NCBI GenBank assembly: GCA_045654505.1
Contig: JAZONM010000018.1
Coordinates: 4,581-68,580 of the forward strand
Source of the DNA: Clostridia bacterium
GTDB lineage: Bacteria; Bacillota; Clostridia; Christensenellales; UBA1242
Length of the DNA: 64,000 bases
Direction of reading: 5' to 3'
Shown here: positions 1 through 9,209 of the stretch, piece by piece
Position numbering within the stretch: the stretch's first letter is position 1
How the letters are laid out: each line of letters begins with the position of its first letter
Notes under the pieces: model-generated
Database searches by the model: none
Seen by the model: the letters and a program-made list of their open reading frames with translations, nothing else
Told to the model about the DNA's origin: nothing
Position numbers and translations under genes: made by a program

Positions 1-89
1 TGTGAGTATAAATTCGGGTTATTTATGCTGATTTTTTTAGATTTAATTTTGTCATAAATTGTATATATTTGTCGTATTTTGTCCCAATA

Positions 90-821
90 CTATAAAATAT
101 CATCATCTATATCTACACTCTGTTTTCTTGGTAAACGCTTTTTTCTTGGTTTTCTAAACATTAAGTAAAGGATAAGGAGAGTCGGAAGAGTAAGGCAAAT
201 GACAATGATTGTGCATTGGGTGTTTGTCAGCGGATTTATTATCTTGGGAGTATCCTCAATAAAGGATAATTTTTCACCATTAGGAAAAACACTCGAAATG
301 CTGCTTACATAACTACTGTAAATATATCCCTTTACATTGAGATATTCGACATAATACCAAGTGTCTTTTCCAAAATCTTCGACTGTCTCGCCAATGGTTT
401 TTCCAATATATTTTAGGCTATCGCAATTAGCGGGTAGTATGGAGATTTTATTATCGTCATTACTCTCAGGGGTGTGTCTTAGATAACAATTTTTATTGTA
501 TGTCAAAATCCTGATATTATCTGGATATGGTATAGCGGGTGTCCCATTCACTTTACGCACTGCTGTGTGTTTTACATAACCGCCAATGCCATTATAATTC
601 ACGCGATATGAGTCATGTGTTTCGCCCACAATCTCGACAAAGTACGTGCTTTCTAGTAGACATATTAGATTGTCATAGTGGGTGTCGTATATATCGTATC
701 GGTATAAAAATTCGCCACTACTAATTATCTGTGCATACTGTGTTTTTTCACAGTATGCACTTTTTATTGGGTTGAATGAGTGGGTCAATAAAAGTATAAG
801 GATAAATAAAAATTTCACCAT
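90..821 (-). CDS. Secreted, C-terminally anchored protein with probable SH3b-like domains
   Basis: N-terminal signal peptide; two SH3b-like segments (YRVNYNGIGGYV; WYYVEYLNVKGYIYSSYV); C-terminal TM helix followed by basic tail; divergent from terminase gene. Confidence 0.6.
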   Translation of the reverse strand: MVKFLFILILLLTHSFNPIKSAYCEKTQYAQIISSGEFLYRYDIYDTHYDNLICLLESTYFVEIVGETHDSYRVNYNGIGGYVKHTAVRKVNGTPAIPYPDNIRILTYNKNCYLRHTPESNDDNKISILPANCDSLKYIGKTIGETVEDFGKDTWYYVEYLNVKGYIYSSYVSSISSVFPNGEKLSFIEDTPKIINPLTNTQCTIIVICLTLPTLLILYLMFRKPRKKRLPRKQSVDIDDDIL

Positions 822-896
822 AGTTTCACCTTAGAAGATTATACAATCTCTTTATGAATTTTTAAAAAAAATGATAAATAAGAAAACAAACTTTGG

Positions 897-903
897 TGTC
901 GAA
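897..903 (+). promoter_or_regulatory. Candidate Spo0A box upstream of terminase gene
   Basis: TGTCGAA, exact match to TGNCGAA, 20 bp before the TerL ATG; only a 7-mer, so chance match possible. Confidence 0.35.
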
Positions 904-923
904 AAAGGAAGATATAAGGAGAA

Positions 924-2357
924 ATGAGAAAAGATGAGATAAAAAAACGTATTTTGCTTATAAACAACGAGCTTAAAAATCGCCAAAACAATGGACGTAT
1001 ATTTGAGTACAATACGGGCGAAAAGGTGCATGAAAAACAGCTTACATTCCATAAATGTGACAAACACAACCGCTGGGTTTTTGGTGGAAATAGGAGCGGT
1101 AAGACTGAGTGTGGTGCTGTCGAGGCTTTGTGGATTGCGAGAGGTATTCATCCATATAGAGAAAATAAAGCGGATACGGAGGGTTGGGTCGTATCATTAT
1201 CTACTCAAGTGCAAAGAGATGTTGCGCAAAGAAAAATACTGCACTATATCAATAAGGATTGGATATATGACGTGGTTATGCTTAGTGGTAAAAAAGACGC
1301 TATGGAGATGGGGGTAATTGACACTCTCATTATAAAGAATGTTTTTGGAGGACTCAGTAGGATAAGTTTTAAAAGCTGTGACCAAGGTCGAGAAAAATTT
1401 CAGGGTACATCGCTTGATTGGGTTTGGTTTGATGAAGAACCACCATACGATATTTACCTTGAGTGTCTTATGCGTGTTATGGATAAAGACGGTGATATTT
1501 TTGGTACAATGACACCTTTAAAAGGGCTTTCATGGGTCTATAATACCATTTTTCTTAATGAGGGTAATAATCCTGAGGTTTGGCATATTCACATGGAGTG
1601 GGCGGATAATCCGTTTTTAAATCAAAAACAAATATCTAGGCTTTCAGAAAGTTTTGGAGAGGAGGAATTGAATGCTCGAAGATTTGGTTTGTTTTCTAGT
1701 TTTGGCGGACTTGTTTATGGCGAGTTTGATAACAATATTCATGTGATTGAGCCATTTGACGTGCCTAAGGAATGGTATGACAAGATTTCAATTGACCCAG
1801 GCTTAAAAAATCCGTTAAGTGCACACTGGTATGCTTGTGATTATGATGGAAATATATATGTAATCGCAGAGCATTATGAAAGTGATAAAGACATAATACA
1901 CCATAGTAAAAAGATATACGATATTTCGGATCGCCTTGGCTGGCATCGTAATCCTAATGGTATGATTGAGGTTTTGATTGATTCTGCTGCAAATCAACGC
2001 ACACTTGCGTCTACAAAAAGTGTAAGCGAACTCTTTTATGACAATGGTATATTAGTAAATTCACGAGTAAATAAAGATATGTTTTCAGGGATTCAGCGTG
2101 TTAAATCATATCTGAAAAACGCCAATGGCAAGGCGCGACTTTTTATATTCAAAAATTGTGTCAATATGATACGTGAAATTAAGGGTTATTTTTGGGGAAA
2201 TGAGGATTTGCCAATAAAAAAGGACGATCATGCAATGGATGACCTCAGGTACTATATTATGAGTCGTCCGGAAAATATAAAGAAAGAAAATATAAAGAGT
2301 CCAGTCCAATTAGACAAGGAGAGAAGAATAAGAGAACTTAGGAGGGAGAGAAGATGA
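924..2357 (+). CDS. Phage terminase large subunit
   Basis: Walker A GGNRSGKT, Walker B WFDEEPP, coupling motif TMTP, nuclease motifs IDPG and DDHAMDDLRY; RBS AAGGAG. Confidence 0.92.
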   Translation: MRKDEIKKRILLINNELKNRQNNGRIFEYNTGEKVHEKQLTFHKCDKHNRWVFGGNRSGKTECGAVEALWIARGIHPYRENKADTEGWVVSLSTQVQRDVAQRKILHYINKDWIYDVVMLSGKKDAMEMGVIDTLIIKNVFGGLSRISFKSCDQGREKFQGTSLDWVWFDEEPPYDIYLECLMRVMDKDGDIFGTMTPLKGLSWVYNTIFLNEGNNPEVWHIHMEWADNPFLNQKQISRLSESFGEEELNARRFGLFSSFGGLVYGEFDNNIHVIEPFDVPKEWYDKISIDPGLKNPLSAHWYACDYDGNIYVIAEHYESDKDIIHHSKKIYDISDRLGWHRNPNGMIEVLIDSAANQRTLASTKSVSELFYDNGILVNSRVNKDMFSGIQRVKSYLKNANGKARLFIFKNCVNMIREIKGYFWGNEDLPIKKDDHAMDDLRYYIMSRPENIKKENIKSPVQLDKERRIRELRRERR

Positions 2358-2638
2358 CCGATAAAGAAAAATTGGAAAAAGCATTGCTGAAGAAAGCACT
2401 TGGTTATACAGCAAAAGAAGTCAGTGAAGAGTATTCGAAGGTTGATGATGATCTTGTTTTGTCTAAGAGAAAACTTAATACAAAAAGTTATCCTCCTGAT
2501 TTGGCGTCCTTGCAATTGATGCTGTCGCGACTTGATAAAGAAGATGAGGAATTTAAAAATATGACCGATGTCGAGCTTTTACATGAAAGAGATAGGCTAA
2601 TTAAATTACTAGAAAAGGAGGAAAAAAGTGGTACTTGA
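2354..2638 (+). CDS. Terminase small subunit-like protein lacking N-terminal HTH
   Basis: EKALLKKALGY...YPPDLAS resembles the ENALLKRALGY...PPDT core of Firmicutes phage TerS; ATGA overlap with TerL stop. Confidence 0.6.
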   Translation: MTDKEKLEKALLKKALGYTAKEVSEEYSKVDDDLVLSKRKLNTKSYPPDLASLQLMLSRLDKEDEEFKNMTDVELLHERDRLIKLLEKEEKSGT

Positions 2639-2837
2639 TGAAGTGACCTATGTCGTTAAGTGCATTATTCCTGGCTGTAGGAATAATGGCAAATATCTAA
2701 TTAAAAATGAGGAAATCCAAGTACCAAGCAAAATCTGTATATGTGAAAAATGCGGAAAAGAAATTTATTCTTTGCTTGGGAAGAAAATTGTTCCGAAAAG
2801 TCCTAAAAATATTTTAAACAAAACAATAAAGAGGTGA
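2628..2837 (+). CDS. Small putative Zn-finger protein
   Basis: CIIPGC...CICEKC cysteine pattern; RBS AAGGAGG before GTG. Confidence 0.55.
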   Translation: MVLDEVTYVVKCIIPGCRNNGKYLIKNEEIQVPSKICICEKCGKEIYSLLGKKIVPKSPKNILNKTIKR

Positions 2838-2841
2838 AAAA

Positions 2842-4722
2842 GTGGATAAAGAATTTGAAGAAAAAATAGTAAAAGAAATACTAGAAGATTTTAATGAAAG
2901 ACGTCAAGCTAGAAAGAGTTTTGAGACGGCATGGCAGTTAAATATAAATTATCTTATTGGTAATCAGTATGCGTATATCAACGGCCAAAATGAAATTGTT
3001 AGTGAGAAAAAACAATATTTTTGGCAAGAACGTGAGGTTTTTAATCATATTGCGCCTTTGGTAGAACTTCGCATATCTAGACTCTCTAAAGTGCGTCCTA
3101 TACTCACAGTGCTTCCTTTTAGTGACGACCCTAAAGACGTTGCATGTGCGAAAGTAAGTAAAAATCTAATTAGGTCTGTGAGTTATGACCTTGATATGAG
3201 CCGTATAATTTCAGAAGCGACAATGTGGAGTGAAATTACTGGTAGTGCATTTTACAAAATAGGTTGGAATAATACAAAAGGCAGATTCATTGGAAAAAAT
3301 GAAACCGGTCGTGATATTTATGAAGGTGAGGTGGATATCAATGTGGTATCTCCATTTGAGATATTCCCAGACAGTAATACATACAATCGTATCGAAGATT
3401 GCAAGAGCATTATTCATGCACGTGCTTATCATAAAGACGAGGTTAGAAATATATGGGGAGTCGATGTGAAAGGTGAGGATACAGATGTATTCTCGTTACA
3501 AAATCTTAATGCTCTAGGTGGTTTAGGTTATACAGGAAATACAGCAAGTGTAGGAAAAATAGTTAAAAAGGATCAAGTAATTGTGCTTGAAAAATATGAA
3601 ATGCCTACAATTGAAAATCCAAACGGTAAATTGACAATTGTGGCAGGAGACCGATTGGTATATATGGGTGAATTGCCTTATGTTAATGGTTTGGGTGGAA
3701 AACGCGCATTCCCATTCATAAGACAAGTGAGTATAGCAGTGCCTAATTCATTCTGGGGTACATCGATAATTGAGAGATGTATACCAATTCAAAGAGCATA
3801 TAATGCTGTCAAAAACAGAAAACATGAGTTTTTGAATAGGATTTCGATGGGTGTGCTTGCTGTAGAGGATGGCTCGCTTGACATTGAAAATCTTGAAGAG
3901 GAGGGTCTGTCTCCAGGTAAAGTACTAGTGTATAGGCAAGGTGCAACACTGCCAAAACTACTTGAGAATGAAAATATCCCGTCAAGCTTTGATACTGAAG
4001 AAGAAAGACTGATGGAGGAGTTTGCTACTGTTTCTGGTGTAAATGACCTACAAAATCAAAGCGTTATGTATGGAAATGTAAGTGGTGTAGTGCTTCAATT
4101 GTTGCTCGAACAAGACGAAGCGCGCATTCAATCAAGTATTGATGAGATAAAGTCAAGTGTAAAAAACATTGCAAAACACATTTTGCGTCTATATAAGGAG
4201 TTTGCAGTAATTCCGCACACAACTCGACTTGTAAATGAGAATGGTGAAATTGAGATGTTGTATTGGAAGAACAGTGACCTTACATGTGAAGATATTGTAT
4301 TCGAAACTGAAAATGAGTTGGCTCAGACAATAGCGCAAAAGAGAAGTATGATTTTCGAAATTCTTAATGCGGGACTTCTGCAAGATGATGATGGCGAAAT
4401 GTCAAATTCGACACGACAAAAGATATTGGAACAATTAGGTTTTGGCATTTTGGAAACTTCAAAAGATGTAAAAACTCTTCATCGAAACAGGGCTAGCAAA
4501 GAAAATTATGATTTGCTTAATAAGAAAGTATTAAGGGAGCCAAAGGAGATTGATGCTCATGATATTCATATAAATGAGCATATATGCTTTGCTTTAGGAA
4601 AAGATTTTGAAAAAGCTGTTCAATACTGTCCAGAACTTGAAAAAGAGATGTATTCACATATAGCAAAACATAAAGAAATGTTAAGAAAAGAATCTTTATT
4701 TGAAGAGAATGCATCTAAATAA
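2842..4722 (+). CDS. Phage portal protein (podovirus/P22-like size)
   Basis: 626 aa between terminase and scaffold/capsid; portal-like segments (VFNHIAPLVE, VVSPFEIFPD, FWGTSIIERCIPIQRAYN); RBS GAGGTG. Confidence 0.8.
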   Translation: MDKEFEEKIVKEILEDFNERRQARKSFETAWQLNINYLIGNQYAYINGQNEIVSEKKQYFWQEREVFNHIAPLVELRISRLSKVRPILTVLPFSDDPKDVACAKVSKNLIRSVSYDLDMSRIISEATMWSEITGSAFYKIGWNNTKGRFIGKNETGRDIYEGEVDINVVSPFEIFPDSNTYNRIEDCKSIIHARAYHKDEVRNIWGVDVKGEDTDVFSLQNLNALGGLGYTGNTASVGKIVKKDQVIVLEKYEMPTIENPNGKLTIVAGDRLVYMGELPYVNGLGGKRAFPFIRQVSIAVPNSFWGTSIIERCIPIQRAYNAVKNRKHEFLNRISMGVLAVEDGSLDIENLEEEGLSPGKVLVYRQGATLPKLLENENIPSSFDTEEERLMEEFATVSGVNDLQNQSVMYGNVSGVVLQLLLEQDEARIQSSIDEIKSSVKNIAKHILRLYKEFAVIPHTTRLVNENGEIEMLYWKNSDLTCEDIVFETENELAQTIAQKRSMIFEILNAGLLQDDDGEMSNSTRQKILEQLGFGILETSKDVKTLHRNRASKENYDLLNKKVLREPKEIDAHDIHINEHICFALGKDFEKAVQYCPELEKEMYSHIAKHKEMLRKESLFEENASK

Positions 4723-4934
4723 AAATGGTGTAGTTATCGTCTAATTGATTATTAAAAAATAACAATTATACGCAAATAAATTAAAACAATTAAAGATATG
4801 AAAATATAATTATTTTCTAAACAAATAACAAAATAAAGTTTATTATAAAATGTTGTTTTTAAATTATATGTAATAGGTTATTACAATATAACTTTACAAA
4901 AATTTCCATACCACAATAAATTAAGGAGAAAAAC

Positions 4935-5549
4935 ATGATAGAAAAAGAAAGTTTTGGAGAACAACCAAAAGAGACCCCTTATGGCGTAGCGACGCAAATT
5001 GAAGAGAAGGCAGGCCTCTCTGATGGCTCTCCAATAGGTAAATTTAAAGATGCCAATATGCTTCTTTCTGCATATAATTCGCTTCAAGCAGAATTTACTA
5101 AAAAATGTCAGAAATTGGCTGAGTATGAGAAAAAACAAGACAATACTCAGGTACCTTGTTTTGATCGAGAAAATTGGCAAGATTCGGTAAACGATTTCTT
5201 TACAAAAAATCCCGAGGCTCGAGAATTGGGAGAGGAAATTGCACAGACTTTGTCTAGCGACAAAACTTTGGCCCTTGGTCAAAGCCCGCTATATGAAGCT
5301 TACAATAATATTTTGAAAAAGAAATGTACCGAAAACAATGACTTTCTGAATAATAATGACAAGATCGTAGACTATGTTTTGAAAAATGAGGACTTAGTAG
5401 GGCGATTGATTGCAAAATTTGCAGAAAGTATACCAAAGACACCTACCTTAATTTCGTCCAAGCGAAGTAGTGCGGAGGTGTTGACTCCTACAAACAAACC
5501 GAAAAATTTGGACGAAGCTAAAGAGATGGTGAATCAAATGTTTAATTAA
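4935..5549 (+). CDS. Probable capsid scaffolding protein
   Basis: Directly upstream of capsid; helical; GKFKD..LLSAYNSLQAEFTK motif resembles scaffold proteins; RBS AAGGAG. Confidence 0.6.
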   Translation: MIEKESFGEQPKETPYGVATQIEEKAGLSDGSPIGKFKDANMLLSAYNSLQAEFTKKCQKLAEYEKKQDNTQVPCFDRENWQDSVNDFFTKNPEARELGEEIAQTLSSDKTLALGQSPLYEAYNNILKKKCTENNDFLNNNDKIVDYVLKNEDLVGRLIAKFAESIPKTPTLISSKRSSAEVLTPTNKPKNLDEAKEMVNQMFN

Positions 5550-5563
5550 AAAGGAGAAATTTT

Positions 5564-6745
5564 ATGGTAACTTTATCAACAGCAGATAAAGCATTGAAAA
5601 GTGTTTATCTTGGTGTTCTTACCAATCAATTTAATCTAAACACCAATCCTTTATTTGCAAAAATCAAACAATCAAGCACATACGTAACAGGAAAAGAGGT
5701 ATTAAAAACAGCACCTTATGGAATTAATGGTGGTATTGGTGCCGGAACTGAAGACGGAGCACTTCCTACTGCAAGTGGAAATAGCTATGTGCAATTAAAA
5801 CAAACTCTTAAAAACCTATATGGTACAATTGAAATTAGTGACAAAGCAATACGCGCTAGTCAAAACAATGCAGGTGCATTTGTTAATCTTCTAAATGCCG
5901 AAATGGAGGGATTGATTAAAGCAAGTACTTTCAATTTTAGCAGAATGTTGATGGGAGATGGCTCAGGCATTTTGAGTAGAATTGTGACAGCAAGTGGCAA
6001 TTATGCGACAGTAGATAATGTGTCAAATATCATGGAAGGTATGATTGTTGACATTTTCAATGCAGATCTTGGCGAAATGCAAAATGATTATCGTGGTACA
6101 AAAATATTGAGTATTGATCGTGCTAAAAAACAAGTAACATTTGACAAAACTGTAGGTAATGTCGAAGATGTAAATGACGGCGGTTGCGCATTGATTGTAC
6201 AAAATTCATTAAATAACGAGATCTTCGGTCTAAAAGGTATTTTTGATACAGTTAATTTTCACTATATCTATGGTCTAAATCGTCAAGAACATCATTGGTT
6301 GACACCATATATTGACAAAGCAGCAGGTGAATTGTCTGATGCGAAAATCCAAACAGCAATTGACTATGTAGAAGATTATTTTGGAAGTGATATTGACTTT
6401 ATTACTTGCTCAAGTGATGTAAAACGTGCATACCAAACATATCTTGCATCTATATCTCGTAATATCGATATTATGAATCTTAATGGTGGATTTAGAGCAA
6501 TTAGTTATGCTGGTGTGCCACTACTTAGTGATAGATTTATGGAAAGTGGTACTATGTATCTTCTAAATTCTAAAAACTTCACGCTTCACCAACTTTGTGA
6601 TTGGGAATGGCTTGAAGACGAAGATGGTAGCATCTTAAAACAAAAACCTGGTTATCCTTGCTATAGTGCAACATTGGTTAAGTACGCAGAATTGATGTGC
6701 GAAAAACCATGTGGACAAGCAAAACTAGCAGGTATTACTGTATAA
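5564..6745 (+). CDS. Phage major capsid protein
   Basis: 393 aa after portal/scaffold; capsid-like segments (LKNLYGTIEISD, AEMEGL, YAGVPLLSDRF); strong RBS; followed by terminator. Confidence 0.8.
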   Translation: MVTLSTADKALKSVYLGVLTNQFNLNTNPLFAKIKQSSTYVTGKEVLKTAPYGINGGIGAGTEDGALPTASGNSYVQLKQTLKNLYGTIEISDKAIRASQNNAGAFVNLLNAEMEGLIKASTFNFSRMLMGDGSGILSRIVTASGNYATVDNVSNIMEGMIVDIFNADLGEMQNDYRGTKILSIDRAKKQVTFDKTVGNVEDVNDGGCALIVQNSLNNEIFGLKGIFDTVNFHYIYGLNRQEHHWLTPYIDKAAGELSDAKIQTAIDYVEDYFGSDIDFITCSSDVKRAYQTYLASISRNIDIMNLNGGFRAISYAGVPLLSDRFMESGTMYLLNSKNFTLHQLCDWEWLEDEDGSILKQKPGYPCYSATLVKYAELMCEKPCGQAKLAGITV

Positions 6746-6760
6746 ATTTAATATTGTGGG

Positions 6761-6790
6761 AGTGGTGGGGTATTCCCACCACTTTCTTTA
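6761..6790 (+). terminator. Intrinsic terminator after capsid gene
   Basis: AGTGGTGGG-gtatt-CCCACCACT hairpin followed by T-rich tract. Confidence 0.7.
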
Positions 6791-6805
6791 TTTAAAAGGA
6801 TTGAA

Positions 6806-7177
6806 ATGAAGAAAATTGAAAATGATTTATTTAATATCTCTGAAAGACTTAAAAATATCGATAGTGGATATTATTTAGTATACAATAATCGTCGTAGTAG
6901 ATATGAGGTGAGAAATAGTGATTTGGGTGATAAAATTTGCTTTGTTGTGCCATACAAATCATTGGACGAAAGGACGCTAATATACGCTCGAAAAACTTTT
7001 ATAAATAATAGCAAAAAATTGCTTAGTGACATCGAGAAAAATAATAAGGATATAGAGGATAAAAATTACAATAGGATTAAGGACGAGTGTCAATACAAAT
7101 TTAAAGAAATTTTTAATTATGAAAAATGTTCGAAAGAAATGAAAATGAATCAATCATTCAAAACAAAATGGGTATAA
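6806..7177 (+). CDS. Hypothetical virion-cassette protein
   Basis: 123 aa ORF with RBS AAAGGA inside the structural operon. Confidence 0.6.
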   Translation: MKKIENDLFNISERLKNIDSGYYLVYNNRRSRYEVRNSDLGDKICFVVPYKSLDERTLIYARKTFINNSKKLLSDIEKNNKDIEDKNYNRIKDECQYKFKEIFNYEKCSKEMKMNQSFKTKWV

Positions 7178-7186
7178 GGAGGAAAA

Positions 7187-7744
7187 ATGAAAGTTAAAGA
7201 AATTTTGAAAAATTGTGCAATATTATTAGATGATATAAAACTTGCAAAAAGTATTGAGAATGGAGACTGTACTGCTCAAGAAAATGAAGTGAGAGAAATG
7301 CTTCTTGAGTGCTGTCATATAGCAAATACTCGTATCGCTAGCGAATTTGTATTTCTAAAAGATGAAGTAGAGGTTGCTACATCAAATGGCGAAATCGCTT
7401 TTGATAATCTTTCTGCTAAAAACATACTGGATATAATTGCTGTAACAAAAGATGGTTATCCTATCAAATTTAATGTAAGAAAGGCTAAAATTTACACACA
7501 AAGCGGAAAAGTGAATGTACAGTATTCTTATTTGCCTGAGAAACATGACATTGATGATGATATTGACTATTATCCTGGTAGAATAAGTGAAAGAGTAATT
7601 GCTTATGCGACAGTGTCGGAGTATTTAGCTATTAAAGGAAATATTGACGAGTCTATTATGTGGAACGATAAATTCAAATCTAGTATCTCAAAGGTCTATG
7701 CAAAACATCGTGAAATCATTTTGCCAAAGCGCGCTTGGAGGTAG
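7187..7744 (+). CDS. Probable head-tail adaptor protein
   Basis: 185 aa after capsid; helical N and C termini around beta segment (VNVQYSYLP); RBS AAGGAGG; function inferred from position. Confidence 0.5.
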   Translation: MKVKEILKNCAILLDDIKLAKSIENGDCTAQENEVREMLLECCHIANTRIASEFVFLKDEVEVATSNGEIAFDNLSAKNILDIIAVTKDGYPIKFNVRKAKIYTQSGKVNVQYSYLPEKHDIDDDIDYYPGRISERVIAYATVSEYLAIKGNIDESIMWNDKFKSSISKVYAKHREIILPKRAWR

Positions 7745-7745
7745 T

Positions 7746-9209
7746 ATGAAAAATATATTAAAATACAAAACTTACGATTATTCGTCTTTGGATAAAGGTA
7801 TTGCGGTCGATAAAAATCCTAATGTTGTTTCTTCTGGGTATTCGGAAAAGTGTTTTAATTTTTCTTACAAAGATGGTGGACTTAGAGACGGTATTGGAAT
7901 AAATGAGATTAAATATTATCCATACGGAAGCAATATTGATGTTATATATTCTTTTCCTGAGACTTTATCGCCTGTAAAAATAACTCAATTTCCATTTTAT
8001 AATGAGGAGATGAGTTATGATGATAGAATGATTATATTTATATGCGAAGATGGTAGTGTGTATGGTTGGAAACCTAATGCTTCTAGTGAAGGCTTGCTTG
8101 CTTTGCCTTTTGAAGTGACTAAGGACACTATACTATTGAATTATGTCTTTGAAAACCAGACATACTTGTATGCAATAAATGATGGGGTAATGTATATTTA
8201 CAATATGACCTCAAAACACTTGGAAAAAATTCAAGAAAACGTACCTTTATTTGAAGAAATATGCTTTTATAAAGAACATGTATTTGGCAGGATTAAGGAT
8301 AAAAAACACACTCTTTGGTGCTCGGCTCAGAAAAATCCGGCTAATTGGTTGAGTGATGTCAATACATATTCATTTATTGATTTTAATGATTTAAAAGGTA
8401 ATTGTCTAAGACTCATATCTACAATTGATGGATTATATGTTTTTAGAGAATACGGAATTTCAAAAATAATCTTCAATGAAAATGAAGGAATTTTTGAGAC
8501 AGAAGAAGTGTGTAAAAGTACGGGAAAAATCTTTGGAAACAGTATCCAAGAATGTGGCGATTCTTTTGTATATATTACGACAGACGGATTGTATACATTT
8601 AATGGGATTTCGTCAAAAAAGATAACGACTCGAATGGAAGATGTCATCAGGCGACATTTTACTCACTTCTCACTTACTGCGTACAATAATGGCAAATATT
8701 ATGTTGCTTTGAAAATCAATTATGATGATGGCATATTTAATGATGGACATTATCAAAATAATACATTGATTGAATTGGATCTTGCAGACCTTACTGAAAA
8801 CATTCTTCGCGGTGTTGGTATTGTAGAACTGTCTAGTATAAATGAAGTCAATTCTTCTTTTATGTTTGCTATTATAAATACTGTCGGAAAAAACAAGGTT
8901 GGAGTAATCGGTAGGGGTGGAAAAATATTTGGAACTCCTTTGAAAAAGTATTGGAGGAGTGTGGAAAGCGACTATGGTTTGCCACATAAAAAGAAAATAA
9001 TTAGTAGATTCTTTATCGTTTCAAAAAGTGATATAAAAATAACTTTTCATGGTGATAATAAATCGTATTATTTTCAAATAAAAGGTAGCGAAAATGTACA
9101 GATTCTAAAACCAAATCTTTCAGCATATCGCTTTAGTGTGGAAATTGAGTCTAGTAGTGCTGATAATGACATAACAAATCTTAAAGCATTGGTGGGTTAT
9201 TATGATTAA
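7746..9209 (+). CDS. Probable podovirus tail nozzle/DNA-stabilisation protein (beta-propeller)
   Basis: Start reassigned to ATG 7746 after GGAGG; beta-rich blade-like repeats (LWCSAQKNPANW, LYVFREYGI, GLYTFNG); follows adaptor. Confidence 0.5.
   Translation: MKNILKYKTYDYSSLDKGIAVDKNPNVVSSGYSEKCFNFSYKDGGLRDGIGINEIKYYPYGSNIDVIYSFPETLSPVKITQFPFYNEEMSYDDRMIIFICEDGSVYGWKPNASSEGLLALPFEVTKDTILLNYVFENQTYLYAINDGVMYIYNMTSKHLEKIQENVPLFEEICFYKEHVFGRIKDKKHTLWCSAQKNPANWLSDVNTYSFIDFNDLKGNCLRLISTIDGLYVFREYGISKIIFNENEGIFETEEVCKSTGKIFGNSIQECGDSFVYITTDGLYTFNGISSKKITTRMEDVIRRHFTHFSLTAYNNGKYYVALKINYDDGIFNDGHYQNNTLIELDLADLTENILRGVGIVELSSINEVNSSFMFAIINTVGKNKVGVIGRGGKIFGTPLKKYWRSVESDYGLPHKKKIISRFFIVSKSDIKITFHGDNKSYYFQIKGSENVQILKPNLSAYRFSVEIESSSADNDITNLKALVGYYD

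Noticed and set aside
4885-4915. SigK/SigE promoter before the scaffold gene (CATACCAC)
   Set aside because: Lacks the conserved final T; too weak in AT-rich DNA
5564-6745. Encapsulin nanocompartment
   Set aside because: Linked terminase and portal indicate a DNA-packaging capsid
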